Part shown: positions 30,663 through 40,241 of the stretch, piece by piece | How the letters are laid out: every line of letters starts with the position of its first letter | Position numbering within the stretch: the stretch's first letter is position 1 | DNA from: an uncultured Methanospirillum sp. | GTDB taxonomy: Archaea > Halobacteriota > Methanomicrobia > Methanomicrobiales > Methanospirillaceae | Assembly: GCA_964637135.1 (NCBI GenBank) | Contig: CAZWTX010000001.1 | Span: forward strand, 62,001 to 126,000 | Reading direction: 5' to 3' | Length of the DNA stretch: 64,000 nt | Notes under the pieces: model-generated | Told to the model about the DNA's origin: nothing | The model's input: only the letters and a program-made list of their open reading frames with translations | Database searches by the model: none | Translations under genes and position numbers: made by a program

Positions 30663-33600
30663 ATGACCGATACTTCATTATCATCCCCCCCGGAGCAGCC
30701 AATAGCCGTCCTGTATATCAGGGAATCAGAAGATATCCATCAGGACGAATTAGAACAGGTAACCGGTGACAGATCTGTCACCCTGACCATACTGGAATCA
30801 GCAGAAGATGCCCTCTCTGTTGAAAATCTATCCTCGTACGATCTTATCGTATCAGGATACCACCTACCTGGGATGGATGGGATTGCCTTTCTGACAGCGA
30901 TCCGGGAGCGCTTTGGGAATATCCCGGTGATATTGTTCACCGGGGGAGATGATGAAACGGTGATGAATACCGCATATCACCAGGGTGCTGACTGGTTTGT
31001 CAAAAAAACCGGGAATCCCCGAGAACAATTCTCTCATCTCACAGATGCGATACGATCCGTGATTGCGAAAAGAAACGTGACCTATGAACCGGTTTCCTGT
31101 TCAAAGTCATCCGATATCCTGATCGGGGTTCCTGACCCCGTATTTGCCATCGACAAAAAAGGCCATGTTATTGCATGGAACCAGGCCATGGAAGAATTGA
31201 CCGGGGTCCGGTCCCCTGACATCATGGGAAAAGGAGAATATGAATATGCAATTCCGTTATACGGGTTTCGCAGACCTCTCCTCGTCGACCTGTTGACCGA
31301 AACGGATGACACCATCAGTCAATACTATCCCGGTTTTATCCGGACAGACTCGGTAATTACGGCGATCACGTATATCCTCTCCCCGAAAGAAAACCGCATC
31401 GCATTTATCAAAGCTGCTCTCCTTAAAGACGGGAGCGGCGAGACCATCGGGGCCATCGAGATTGTTCATGATATCACCCGGATTCCACGGTCAGGGTATG
31501 TTCACCATGGTACCACCGGGACATGCCGCAATATCGTGGATCTTATTCCTGAAAGCATTCTCCTGCTTGATATCACCGGCACTATCCTCTTCATCAACCA
31601 ATCAGGTCATCTTCTCATTGAAGAACCAGATCCCGGTACAATTTATGGGAAAAAAAGTCTCCTTGATTACGTTCATCATGATTTTCTCGAAAAGGCAATC
31701 GGGGATATGCACCAGGCGGTCCTGGAATCTGACGGATATCCTTCCCGTTATAAACTTATTTCAGCAACAAGTCGGGAATTCTGGGTTGAGAGCCAGGTTA
31801 GGAAGATCCCATACCAGTACTCGGAGGCGATTCTCGTTTCCATGCGGGAGGTCACGATACGGAAACAGGCAGAAGACGCCCTTCGGGAGAGCGAGGAGAA
31901 ATACCGATCCCTGGCAGAACTTCTTCCTCTGATGATTTTTGAGGTGAACCGGGATCTCAGGGTTACCTATACGAACCGGTTCGGCCTTGCACTGACCGGA
32001 ACAGACCCGGAAGAAATCGGTCAGGATATTTTTGCCCTTTCACTCATCCATCCCTCCTGTCATCACCGGATCAGGGAGAATATCCAGAAACAACTGAGCG
32101 GACTCAGGGTCGGTACTGATGAATATACTGCGGTCAGAAAGGACGGCAGTACATTCCCTATCACAATTTATTCCTCTCCAAAATACCGGGATGGCAGATA
32201 TGACGGGTTCCGCGGGGTCATCATCGATATTTCAGAGCAAAAGGCGATAGAAACCCGCCTGATGGAGAGTGAACAAAAATTCCGGGTTCTTATTGAACAA
32301 TCCCTTGACGGCATCATCATTGCGGATTTTTCCGGTAATCTCCTCTTTCTCAACCCGCGGATCGGCGAGATCATCCGGCACCCGGCAGTCACCGAACTTG
32401 CGGGAACGGCAAATATTTTTTCATTCATCAGTCCGGAGCATCACCACCGCGTCGTCGCGGATTTTACCGAGGTACAGGCAGGAAAAGACGGGTATCTGGT
32501 CCAGTACCCGGTCAATACCGTTGACGGAAATGAAATCTGGGTTGAATGTATCGGAAAACTAATCCTCTATGCCGGCGCTCCGGCCATACTCCTCTCGATC
32601 CATGATATCACCGAACGTAAACAGACAGAAGATGCCCTCCGTACTTCTGAAGAGAGACTTAGCACGATATTCAGGGATAATCCGGTTGCCCTCACGGTTG
32701 TATCAGCAGAGACGGGTGTTTTCATAGATATCAATACGGCGTTTGTCCGTGGGATCGGGTATTCCCGCGAGGAGATCATCGGATCCACGGCAGAAAAACT
32801 CGGATTATTTCCTGATCATGCCACATACCAGGAGATGCTGACCCTTCTCAGAGATAAAAAGCACCTCAACGGATTTGAGATCACCTGCCGGATTGCTTCC
32901 GGGAAATCACGGGTCATCCGGTTTTTTTCAAACATCACCATGATGAAGGGAAAACCATATATCCTCTCATCCATCGAGGACATCACTGAACGCAAAGTTG
33001 CCCGGGAATCCTTTGATGCTCTGGTAAGGATGATGGTCGGGACGACCGGGCTCAATGCTCTTCAGAAGATAACGTCAAATATCAGTTCATGGCTAAAGGC
33101 GGATTGTGTCATGGTGGGAGAAATTGAACCGGATCATACAACCGTCAGAGTTCTTTCCATGATGCTTGACGGGAAAGAGGTACCGGATTTCAGGTATACC
33201 CTGAAAGGAACCCCCTGTGAGAATGTGAGACAAAAGGGATACTGTACGTATTCTGATAATGTTTCAGAACTCTTTCCGGATAGCCCTGATCTCATCGCAA
33301 TGAAGATACGGGGATATATCGGCACACCCCTGCGAAATTCTCAGGGTTCTGTCTTCGGAGTTATGTGCATTCTGTTTCGGTATCCGATTCAACCGACATC
33401 ATCAATTCGTGAGATACTGGATATCATAGCAGTGAAAGCTGCCGCAGAAATAGAACGAACCCAGATCGAGCAGGATCTCAGTAAAAGCCAGTTTCTCCTT
33501 AGAGAGGCGATGAATCTCGCCAATCTTGTCAACTGGGAGTATGACGTGATATCCGACCGTTTCATCTTCAACGACCGGTTTTATTCCCTGTATGGAACCA

Positions 33601-34544
33601 CAGCAGAAGCTGAAGGCGGGTACCGGATGTCATCGGGCACCTATGCACAGGAATTTATCCACCCGGAAGATCGGCACCTGGTTTATGAAGAAATTGAAAA
33701 GTCAGTTAATACTCAGGATCCTTCGTTTGTCTCCTCACTGGACCACCGGATTATCCGGAGAGATGGGGATATCCGGCGTGTTCTCACGAAAATCGGGATT
33801 GTCAAGGACGCTGCCGGAAAGACCATCAAAACGTATGGGGCAAACCAGGATATCACCGAGTTAAAACAGGCAGAAGAAGCCATCAGAAGAGCACACCGCC
33901 AGCTCAACCTGCTGACCAGTATCACCCGGCATGATATCCTCAACAAGCTCTCCATCATCAAGGGAGCGCTCGCTCTCAGCGAGGATGAACCTGTTGATCC
34001 TGTCGTTGATAATTATTTCCAGCTGATCCGAAAAGCAACCGGCGATATACAGTCACAAATTGAGTTTACCCGGGTTTATGAGAATATTGGATCTGAAAAA
34101 CCGATATGGCAGACCATCAACGCAGTCATGCCATACGATGCACTCCCCCCATCGGTACAACTAACCGTAGAATGCGGGGATTTGTCGGTTTATGCCGATC
34201 CTATGCTGGAGAAGGTCTTTTTCAATCTCCTGGATAATTCTCTCCGGCATGGTGAGCATGTCACCCAGGTCAGGGTTTACTCCGAGATCAGGGGAGGAGA
34301 ACAGGTCATCGTATGGGAGGACAACGGGGTAGGTATCCTTCCAGAGGAGAAGGAATTGATCTTCGAGCGGGGATTTGGAAGAAATACCGGCTATGGGATG
34401 TTTCTGATCAGAGAGATCCTCTCCCTGACCGGAATTTCCATCCATGAGACCGGAACTCCGGGAACCGGTGTACGGTTCGAAATAACCATCCCAAGAGAGG
34501 GATATCGGAAAGGAGAATCAGGTTCCTCAAAGCCGGGCAGATAA
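30663..34544 (+). CDS. Hybrid sensor histidine kinase (REC-like, 5 PAS, GAF, PAS, HisKA, HATPase)
   Basis: Multiple PAS/PAC repeats, GAF (GTPCENV..GYIGTPL), H-box ITRHDILNKL, NLLDNSLRHG and EDNGVGI motifs. Confidence 0.95.
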   Translation: MTDTSLSSPPEQPIAVLYIRESEDIHQDELEQVTGDRSVTLTILESAEDALSVENLSSYDLIVSGYHLPGMDGIAFLTAIRERFGNIPVILFTGGDDETVMNTAYHQGADWFVKKTGNPREQFSHLTDAIRSVIAKRNVTYEPVSCSKSSDILIGVPDPVFAIDKKGHVIAWNQAMEELTGVRSPDIMGKGEYEYAIPLYGFRRPLLVDLLTETDDTISQYYPGFIRTDSVITAITYILSPKENRIAFIKAALLKDGSGETIGAIEIVHDITRIPRSGYVHHGTTGTCRNIVDLIPESILLLDITGTILFINQSGHLLIEEPDPGTIYGKKSLLDYVHHDFLEKAIGDMHQAVLESDGYPSRYKLISATSREFWVESQVRKIPYQYSEAILVSMREVTIRKQAEDALRESEEKYRSLAELLPLMIFEVNRDLRVTYTNRFGLALTGTDPEEIGQDIFALSLIHPSCHHRIRENIQKQLSGLRVGTDEYTAVRKDGSTFPITIYSSPKYRDGRYDGFRGVIIDISEQKAIETRLMESEQKFRVLIEQSLDGIIIADFSGNLLFLNPRIGEIIRHPAVTELAGTANIFSFISPEHHHRVVADFTEVQAGKDGYLVQYPVNTVDGNEIWVECIGKLILYAGAPAILLSIHDITERKQTEDALRTSEERLSTIFRDNPVALTVVSAETGVFIDINTAFVRGIGYSREEIIGSTAEKLGLFPDHATYQEMLTLLRDKKHLNGFEITCRIASGKSRVIRFFSNITMMKGKPYILSSIEDITERKVARESFDALVRMMVGTTGLNALQKITSNISSWLKADCVMVGEIEPDHTTVRVLSMMLDGKEVPDFRYTLKGTPCENVRQKGYCTYSDNVSELFPDSPDLIAMKIRGYIGTPLRNSQGSVFGVMCILFRYPIQPTSSIREILDIIAVKAAAEIERTQIEQDLSKSQFLLREAMNLANLVNWEYDVISDRFIFNDRFYSLYGTTAEAEGGYRMSSGTYAQEFIHPEDRHLVYEEIEKSVNTQDPSFVSSLDHRIIRRDGDIRRVLTKIGIVKDAAGKTIKTYGANQDITELKQAEEAIRRAHRQLNLLTSITRHDILNKLSIIKGALALSEDEPVDPVVDNYFQLIRKATGDIQSQIEFTRVYENIGSEKPIWQTINAVMPYDALPPSVQLTVECGDLSVYADPMLEKVFFNLLDNSLRHGEHVTQVRVYSEIRGGEQVIVWEDNGVGILPEEKELIFERGFGRNTGYGMFLIREILSLTGISIHETGTPGTGVRFEITIPREGYRKGESGSSKPGR

Positions 34545-34797
34545 TACCGGGAATATTTCCCGTATCGGCATCATCGGGTATCCTTTTCCGGGCCATTGCC
34601 AGGTCACCGTTTTTTAACTCCCACATCCAGGAGACCGTATGACACTCACGGATCTTGATCTTATTCGCTTCACAGTACGCACCAATCTCCTGTTTTGAGA
34701 TCCCGAGTTTTTCAGCGATTGACCATGCCTGAGAACAGGTGATCTGCGTGGTAATCCCTTCCTGTTGTATCATTGCTGCTATCTTTTCTGGTTCCAT
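34408..34797 (-). CDS. Small HTH-like hypothetical protein; C-terminus possibly frameshifted
   Basis: The first ~52 aa (ITCSQAWSIAEKLGISKQEIGAYCEANKIKIREC) look like a conserved small anaerobe protein. The rest runs 137 nt into the convergent kinase gene, so the end is uncertain. Confidence 0.55.
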   Translation of the reverse strand: MEPEKIAAMIQQEGITTQITCSQAWSIAEKLGISKQEIGAYCEANKIKIRECHTVSWMWELKNGDLAMARKRIPDDADTGNIPGIICPALRNLILLSDIPLLGWLFRTVHRFPEFRSHGWKFRSGRGSL

Positions 34798-35081
34798 GCA
34801 CTCTATTATTCATTTCAGGGAGATGGTTTTTCCGATCACCGGCCAGATGGACCAGGGGTATCCGATCTCCTGACATACAGGTACATATTTTTCCGGTGAT
34901 CATCCGCATACCCAGCGGTGGAGCGGACACCGTATCCCTATCTGCCCTCCGGGTGATGATCAGACTTATTCAGTCGGTATTCCAAAACCCGGCAAAATCT
35001 TTCCCTCGTTCCAGGATCGCTTTCACCCAAAAGATTTTCAGGTACTGGTGAGAACTGAACCGGTAATACCTGTCGAGGTGA

Positions 35082-35423
35082 ATGATGAAAATTACTGTGG
35101 TTTCAGATGTTGTTTCAGCCCCAAATCCCCATCATGTCGACGCTCGGAAGATCTATGACACCGATCACGCCCTCGCGGTGGTCATCACCTTGCAACCAGG
35201 AGAATCACTGAAGAAACATATCACTCCGGTTGATGTCTTCTTTTATGTACTCGAGGGAACGGGAATCGTTGAGATCGGTGATGAGAAGGCAACCTGTACA
35301 AAGGACATACTCATTGAGAGCCCGGCCAGGATACCACACCGGTGGATGAACGAGAGCACAACCCCCTTCAGAGTGCTCGTGGTCAAGGTTCCAAAACCCC
35401 GGGAAGAGACAAAACTCCTGTAA
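35082..35423 (+). CDS. Cupin domain protein
   Basis: LQPGESLKKHITP, FYVLEGTG and P..IPH motifs; GAGGTGA RBS. Confidence 0.92.
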   Translation: MMKITVVSDVVSAPNPHHVDARKIYDTDHALAVVITLQPGESLKKHITPVDVFFYVLEGTGIVEIGDEKATCTKDILIESPARIPHRWMNESTTPFRVLVVKVPKPREETKLL

Positions 35424-35743
35424 GAAACGCTCCACGTTCTGAACAACCATTTAACAATACCTGCCGGGAAAACCGGCGGGGAAGACCGGATGGTGAGCGG
35501 TACCCCGCTCACCGGATTTTTTCTGTCATCACTGCGATCTTCGCTATCCGGTATCCATGAACGGAACGGGCGTGAGTCCCCGGGTGTCGATACCCGGGAA
35601 TAGCCTCTGATCCTCTTCTTCACCTCATATTCTGACCGGCGGTTCATTATCAGGATAAGGAATCAACAGGTCTGCCGGTATACCCAGGGGGATCCTGCCG
35701 TGTCTGCCCCTCTTGTATGAGCACTCCGGCAGGAATTGCCTGA

Positions 35744-36451
35744 ATGAGTAATAATCCTCCTCATCCGGCCGGAGCATCCGTTCATGGCAGTTCTTCACTT
35801 TCACCCGGTTTGCCGGAACCTTATATTCCGGTCTGCCAAGGTCATAGCATGCTGGTGGTATCTCCATTATCCGGATTTTTTCCGCGGAACCAGTTCATCC
35901 TCTACATGGCTCCCGGAGATGAACTGCTCAGGATATGCCGGGATCTTCCCGGCCGAATGAAAAAACATCGAATATCCGGTATTACTGCAAATACCCCCTC
36001 CCTGTTTACGGGACTTTCGGATAACCCCGGGAACCGGTTTGAGTACAGGGTGGTGGAATCACTGACCGATCTCTTCGCAGTCATCGAATTTTCGCATCCG
36101 GGAATCCGGGTGATCGAGTTTTCGTCGTCATGGTTCTCTAATGACCCGGATCTTACCGCAGCTTTTGCCGCTCACTGCCATGAACAGGCGATGAAAACGG
36201 GATCCATCCTTCTTCTCGCACAGGACGGGGATATCGTGCCGGAGGTGATAGAAGAACAGGCACACAGATACATCGTATTCATGCCGGTAAATGAGAACGG
36301 GGATGAGATGTTTTTTTCGTCTCGTTTTCCGGGGATCGAACAGGATCGTGTTAAACCTGGGAAAATCAATGGAGAAATATCGTCCGGTACGGGAGAGGAC
36401 AGTGGGACCGGAACGGATTCAGCAGATCAGGAGACCCGGTACCCGGGATGA
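35744..36451 (+). CDS. Hypothetical protein (alternating alpha/beta pattern)
   Basis: 235-aa ORF occupying the gap between neighbouring genes; start uncertain; no intact catalytic motif. Confidence 0.55.
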   Translation: MSNNPPHPAGASVHGSSSLSPGLPEPYIPVCQGHSMLVVSPLSGFFPRNQFILYMAPGDELLRICRDLPGRMKKHRISGITANTPSLFTGLSDNPGNRFEYRVVESLTDLFAVIEFSHPGIRVIEFSSSWFSNDPDLTAAFAAHCHEQAMKTGSILLLAQDGDIVPEVIEEQAHRYIVFMPVNENGDEMFFSSRFPGIEQDRVKPGKINGEISSGTGEDSGTGTDSADQETRYPG

Positions 36452-36523
36452 CGTCAACGATGTATCCATTTCTCATCCCACCCGGAAACAGGTCAGGATT
36501 GTTCGGATAAGGAGAATATCCCT

Positions 36524-38311
36524 TCAAACACCATAGTCAGCCCGTACCGGCCCGGCGATCGCGTTGTAGATGAGATCCTGGTCCGGGAGGTACTGGAGCG
36601 ATGCATAGGCGCCGTTCCCGTAATTCTGATCCCCGAACGATGTCTCGTGGACCGTTTCCCCGGTATCCCAGTCAAGTCCGGTAACCCCCCAGCCATTCCC
36701 GGACCAGCCGCCCACCAGTACCATGTTCCCCGGTTCATAACAGAGAGGATTCATACTGGTGCATGAGATATCGCTCCGTGACCAGACCGGTGACCAGCAA
36801 TGCCTGACCGGGTCCCACTCAAACCGTTCAACCCCGAGAGGGGCCGGGTATGCTGGCCCGATCACAGAAACCTGAAGGATCCGGTTTACTCCCAGGAGAT
36901 CGGAACCAATCTCACCGGGAATTGAATTCACAACAAATGCCCCGGTTCCATGGATCACGACCGGTTGCTCTGACTGAACCCATTCGGGAAGGGGATCAAA
37001 GCCGCAGGTGACCGGGATGTAATCAGCCAGCCGCCGGGATCCTTTTGGGATCGCGTTTCTCCAGAATGCCAGAAGATGCATCTGCTGTTGACCATCCGTG
37101 ATCACAACGAGCTGGTCTTCACCAGGGCCAAATCCCATGAGTGCCGGGGATGAACCGGTTCCCGGACCGTCCTTGTTCACTGGCGGCAGATCCCCGCCTG
37201 CATACGGGCATGACCAGGCCCCGTCTGATTCGGCATCAGAGATTGCAAGCCCGGTCCAGACCAGTTTATACATGACCGTGTCGCTTGCCATGTAAATGCC
37301 ATTTTGTTCATCCATGATTGCCGGATGCCTGATGAAACCGGTCTCCGGAACCGGGTAAAACACCGCTGTTGCGATGTCAAACCAGCGGTTCATGATAGCT
37401 ACCCCGTTCGTGAAGGTAACGAGGAGATGCCCGTCATACGTCATCATGAGACCACATATTTCGACATTCTGGGGATGGTCTGCTCCCTGGATCACGGTGA
37501 CGGGGTCAGCAAGCATATGCCGGATGACGATCCCTGCTGATGGATTCGAGGGATCGACAAGTCCGAAGGCATAGAGATTACCACCGTAAGCCGTGTACAG
37601 GATGTTGTCTGAATCAACCACAGCATACCTCCCATTTCCGTACCGCCGGGCATAGGTATCACCAAAGAGGCCGGAGAGAGAGGCATCCATCGTTGAAACA
37701 TTCAGTCCTGTTGCCGTTGACTGTCCGAATTCCCGGAGGTTTTCATCCGGGATCGCGGGCAGGGAGTCATTCGTTGCCAGGGCAAGTGCTTGAAAGACTG
37801 CCTCTGCGTTCCAGCCATTGCCGGTAGCGTTTACATAACTGACACGGTCACTGCCGACTGCCCAGAAATAATTCTGCTCTGATGCAGCAGGAGTAAGGAT
37901 ATTAACCGGACCAGCGGGAACGGTCGGGCACGAGGAGAGGTCAATAGATCGGGTACCGGGTGGTGGCCCGTATGGAGACGCTCCCTCCTGGTACCCGATA
38001 AACGGGGTGCGATAATACCGGGACGAGGCAAGGTACTGGTTGGCTGCCGGATGGCTATTTCCGGTCTGCCCGGGGAATAGATTCGGACCGGGCGTCTCTA
38101 CGGGCGTGAGAGAGGGTTCCGGGTCTGTTCCGGTTTCCGGCACGATACGTGCCGGTCCGCTGTCCCCGGCGTGCATTGTCTGTAGCACGGGGATTTCAGG
38201 GCCGGTCGCGGCAACCGGGAAAATGCAGCAGATGAGGGTACAAATACACGTAATCATGAACAGCCTCATCGGCAATCCGTTAAGCAGGCACGTTCCCATC
38301 CCGGTGACCAT
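36524..38311 (-). CDS. Secreted hypothetical protein, beta-rich (possible propeller)
   Basis: Signal peptide, Pro/Thr-rich linker, then a long Gly/Trp-rich region. Confidence 0.8.
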   Translation of the reverse strand: MVTGMGTCLLNGLPMRLFMITCICTLICCIFPVAATGPEIPVLQTMHAGDSGPARIVPETGTDPEPSLTPVETPGPNLFPGQTGNSHPAANQYLASSRYYRTPFIGYQEGASPYGPPPGTRSIDLSSCPTVPAGPVNILTPAASEQNYFWAVGSDRVSYVNATGNGWNAEAVFQALALATNDSLPAIPDENLREFGQSTATGLNVSTMDASLSGLFGDTYARRYGNGRYAVVDSDNILYTAYGGNLYAFGLVDPSNPSAGIVIRHMLADPVTVIQGADHPQNVEICGLMMTYDGHLLVTFTNGVAIMNRWFDIATAVFYPVPETGFIRHPAIMDEQNGIYMASDTVMYKLVWTGLAISDAESDGAWSCPYAGGDLPPVNKDGPGTGSSPALMGFGPGEDQLVVITDGQQQMHLLAFWRNAIPKGSRRLADYIPVTCGFDPLPEWVQSEQPVVIHGTGAFVVNSIPGEIGSDLLGVNRILQVSVIGPAYPAPLGVERFEWDPVRHCWSPVWSRSDISCTSMNPLCYEPGNMVLVGGWSGNGWGVTGLDWDTGETVHETSFGDQNYGNGAYASLQYLPDQDLIYNAIAGPVRADYGV

Positions 38312-38437
38312 GAATGTTCCTATTTAGTATTTTTCATACCTGGAGGTAAAAGGCTAGTTATTTAGGATCAGATCATCCTCCTGAAAAGGGTTTTTCCCGA
38401 CGGATGGTTCTTCTCCCCGGGTGATGCAGTAATACTG

Positions 38438-39076
38438 GTGAACACCAGCTCCCCTGATCAACCATCTTCCCCGCTCCGGTTCGATTCTCCCGACCAGCTC
38501 CCAGGTGACACTATCATGGTGACCTGTGAAAGCGGTCAGAAATATCTCACGTTCCGGGTAGGAACCGAGATCTGTGCCGCAGTGCCGGAGACCATGGAAG
38601 TCTATCTCTGTAAAACCTGCGGAGAACTGGAATATCTGCCGACAATCACGTTCCTTGACGACATGGGGGACTGCATGCAGATGTACTGTCTCTACTATTA
38701 CGGGGAGGAGGCCCAGGAGTTTCCTGAATATTCAATACCTCAGGAGTATGATGGAGGGATGGTCGGGTCAGATCCCCTCGTCATGACCTGTTCTTCGGAG
38801 AACCAGTATCTCGTCTTCCTCGACCGGTTTACCGTCCGTGCTCTCGATGTAAGAACCGGGTACCGGTACGAATGCAGGAAGTACCTGGCATTCTCCGATA
38901 ATCCCGGGGATCATCCGTTCCCGTTCCATGATGACATGCGGGAATGTTACCAGAAGGCGGTCGAAATATATCATATCCCGGAGGACCATGACACGGCAGC
39001 ATACCTCGAATGGCGGAGATTCCGGATTCGGGAGATGGTGGAAGAACAACAGGAAAAACCGGATCCTGAAGTATGA
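38438..39076 (+). CDS. Hypothetical protein made of two diverged Cys-containing repeats
   Basis: MVTC..QKYLTF...YLC...FLDDMGDC in the first half and VMTC..NQYLVF...YEC...FHDDMREC in the second. Confidence 0.75.
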   Translation: MNTSSPDQPSSPLRFDSPDQLPGDTIMVTCESGQKYLTFRVGTEICAAVPETMEVYLCKTCGELEYLPTITFLDDMGDCMQMYCLYYYGEEAQEFPEYSIPQEYDGGMVGSDPLVMTCSSENQYLVFLDRFTVRALDVRTGYRYECRKYLAFSDNPGDHPFPFHDDMRECYQKAVEIYHIPEDHDTAAYLEWRRFRIREMVEEQQEKPDPEV

Positions 39077-39287
39077 TAATTCATTCCGGTGCTATATGAA
39101 AAAAACCCTGAACAGGGTGAACTGACCGGAAATTAATCCAGTTTCTCCCCGGCATCGCCTGGAGCGTTCCCGGACAGGCTGTTCCCTGATACCATTCACC
39201 CGTTCCCGGTTTATGGCCCGGCCTCATCCATGACCTCTTTTCATCGGGATTGACAAGAAGCCTGACGACTGGTATCAGGCAGATATG

Positions 39288-39308
39288 AAAAAGGGTTCTG
39301 ACCCTTTT
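39288..39308 (-). terminator. Hairpin terminator after the HdeD-like gene
   Basis: Perfect stem AAAAGGGT/ACCCTTTT with a 4-nt loop, about 10 nt past the stop at 39318. Confidence 0.65.
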
Positions 39309-39317
39309 CCGGTTTTA

Positions 39318-39830
39318 TTATTTCTTCCAGTACAGGAGACACATGATCAATGATATGATCCCGGTGATGATGAAGAAAATACCAAGGATCATGACAATAA
39401 AGGCCGTTCCCGCATCCGGATTGATAAAGAGATATAATCCGATGAGGAGACTGATCACGCCGGCCAGTCCGGTCAGGATCCGGTGCCGCTCCCAGGAAAT
39501 TGAGACCGCGTACGCAATGGTCAGCAGCCCGTTGATGACCAGCCAGATAGCAATGAGGTACCCGATAGCGATCGTTGCCACATACGGGGAGATTATGGCA
39601 AGTAACCCGAGTATGATACTGACAAGACCGGAACCGAGAAGCGTCATCTTCGAGGTACCACTCTCCGCTGACAGGCTGATGCCTGCCGTCAGGATACCAA
39701 CCAGAAGAAGGATGATTCCAACGACCATTACAAGAAAATCAAATACCGCACCAGGTGCAGATATCGCTACCATCCCGAAGAGAATGACAATAACACTCAG
39801 GATGATCTCAAGAAGCCTATCGGTATCCAT
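39318..39830 (-). CDS. HdeD/DUF308 family membrane protein
   Basis: Six TM helices in three repeated pairs (G..SIILG....SP). Confidence 0.88.
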   Translation of the reverse strand: MDTDRLLEIILSVIVILFGMVAISAPGAVFDFLVMVVGIILLLVGILTAGISLSAESGTSKMTLLGSGLVSIILGLLAIISPYVATIAIGYLIAIWLVINGLLTIAYAVSISWERHRILTGLAGVISLLIGLYLFINPDAGTAFIVMILGIFFIITGIISLIMCLLYWKK

Positions 39831-40241
39831 ACTGAAACATGGAAAGTATGAGGGATAATCATTTCTTTTTGTTCTCTTCTTTTACCCGGTACCCGGGAGA
39901 TCAGCACCGTTTGATCCGGTTTTCACCAGGGAGATCTGCAGATCGTGTCACCGCTTTCCATGAAACCTGACTGCCGGAACGCTGCATTACTGCCATCCGG
40001 CACCGGAACCGGGGAATATCCGGACCCTGGCTGTTCCTGTACGGACAGATCCGGTTTCCAGTCCCGGCAGATACATCTGAGAGGAATATCGTATCTTCCG
40101 GTTGTATCTGACAACTATTTTAATCCCGGTTCTTTTTCTTATCTGCCGGTATATTCTCCCCGGGTTCTGCCGTGAACGATCATCGGGATACCATGAATCA
40201 TAACCCCCTTCCCGATGATCTTCAGGCAGGCAGATGATACC

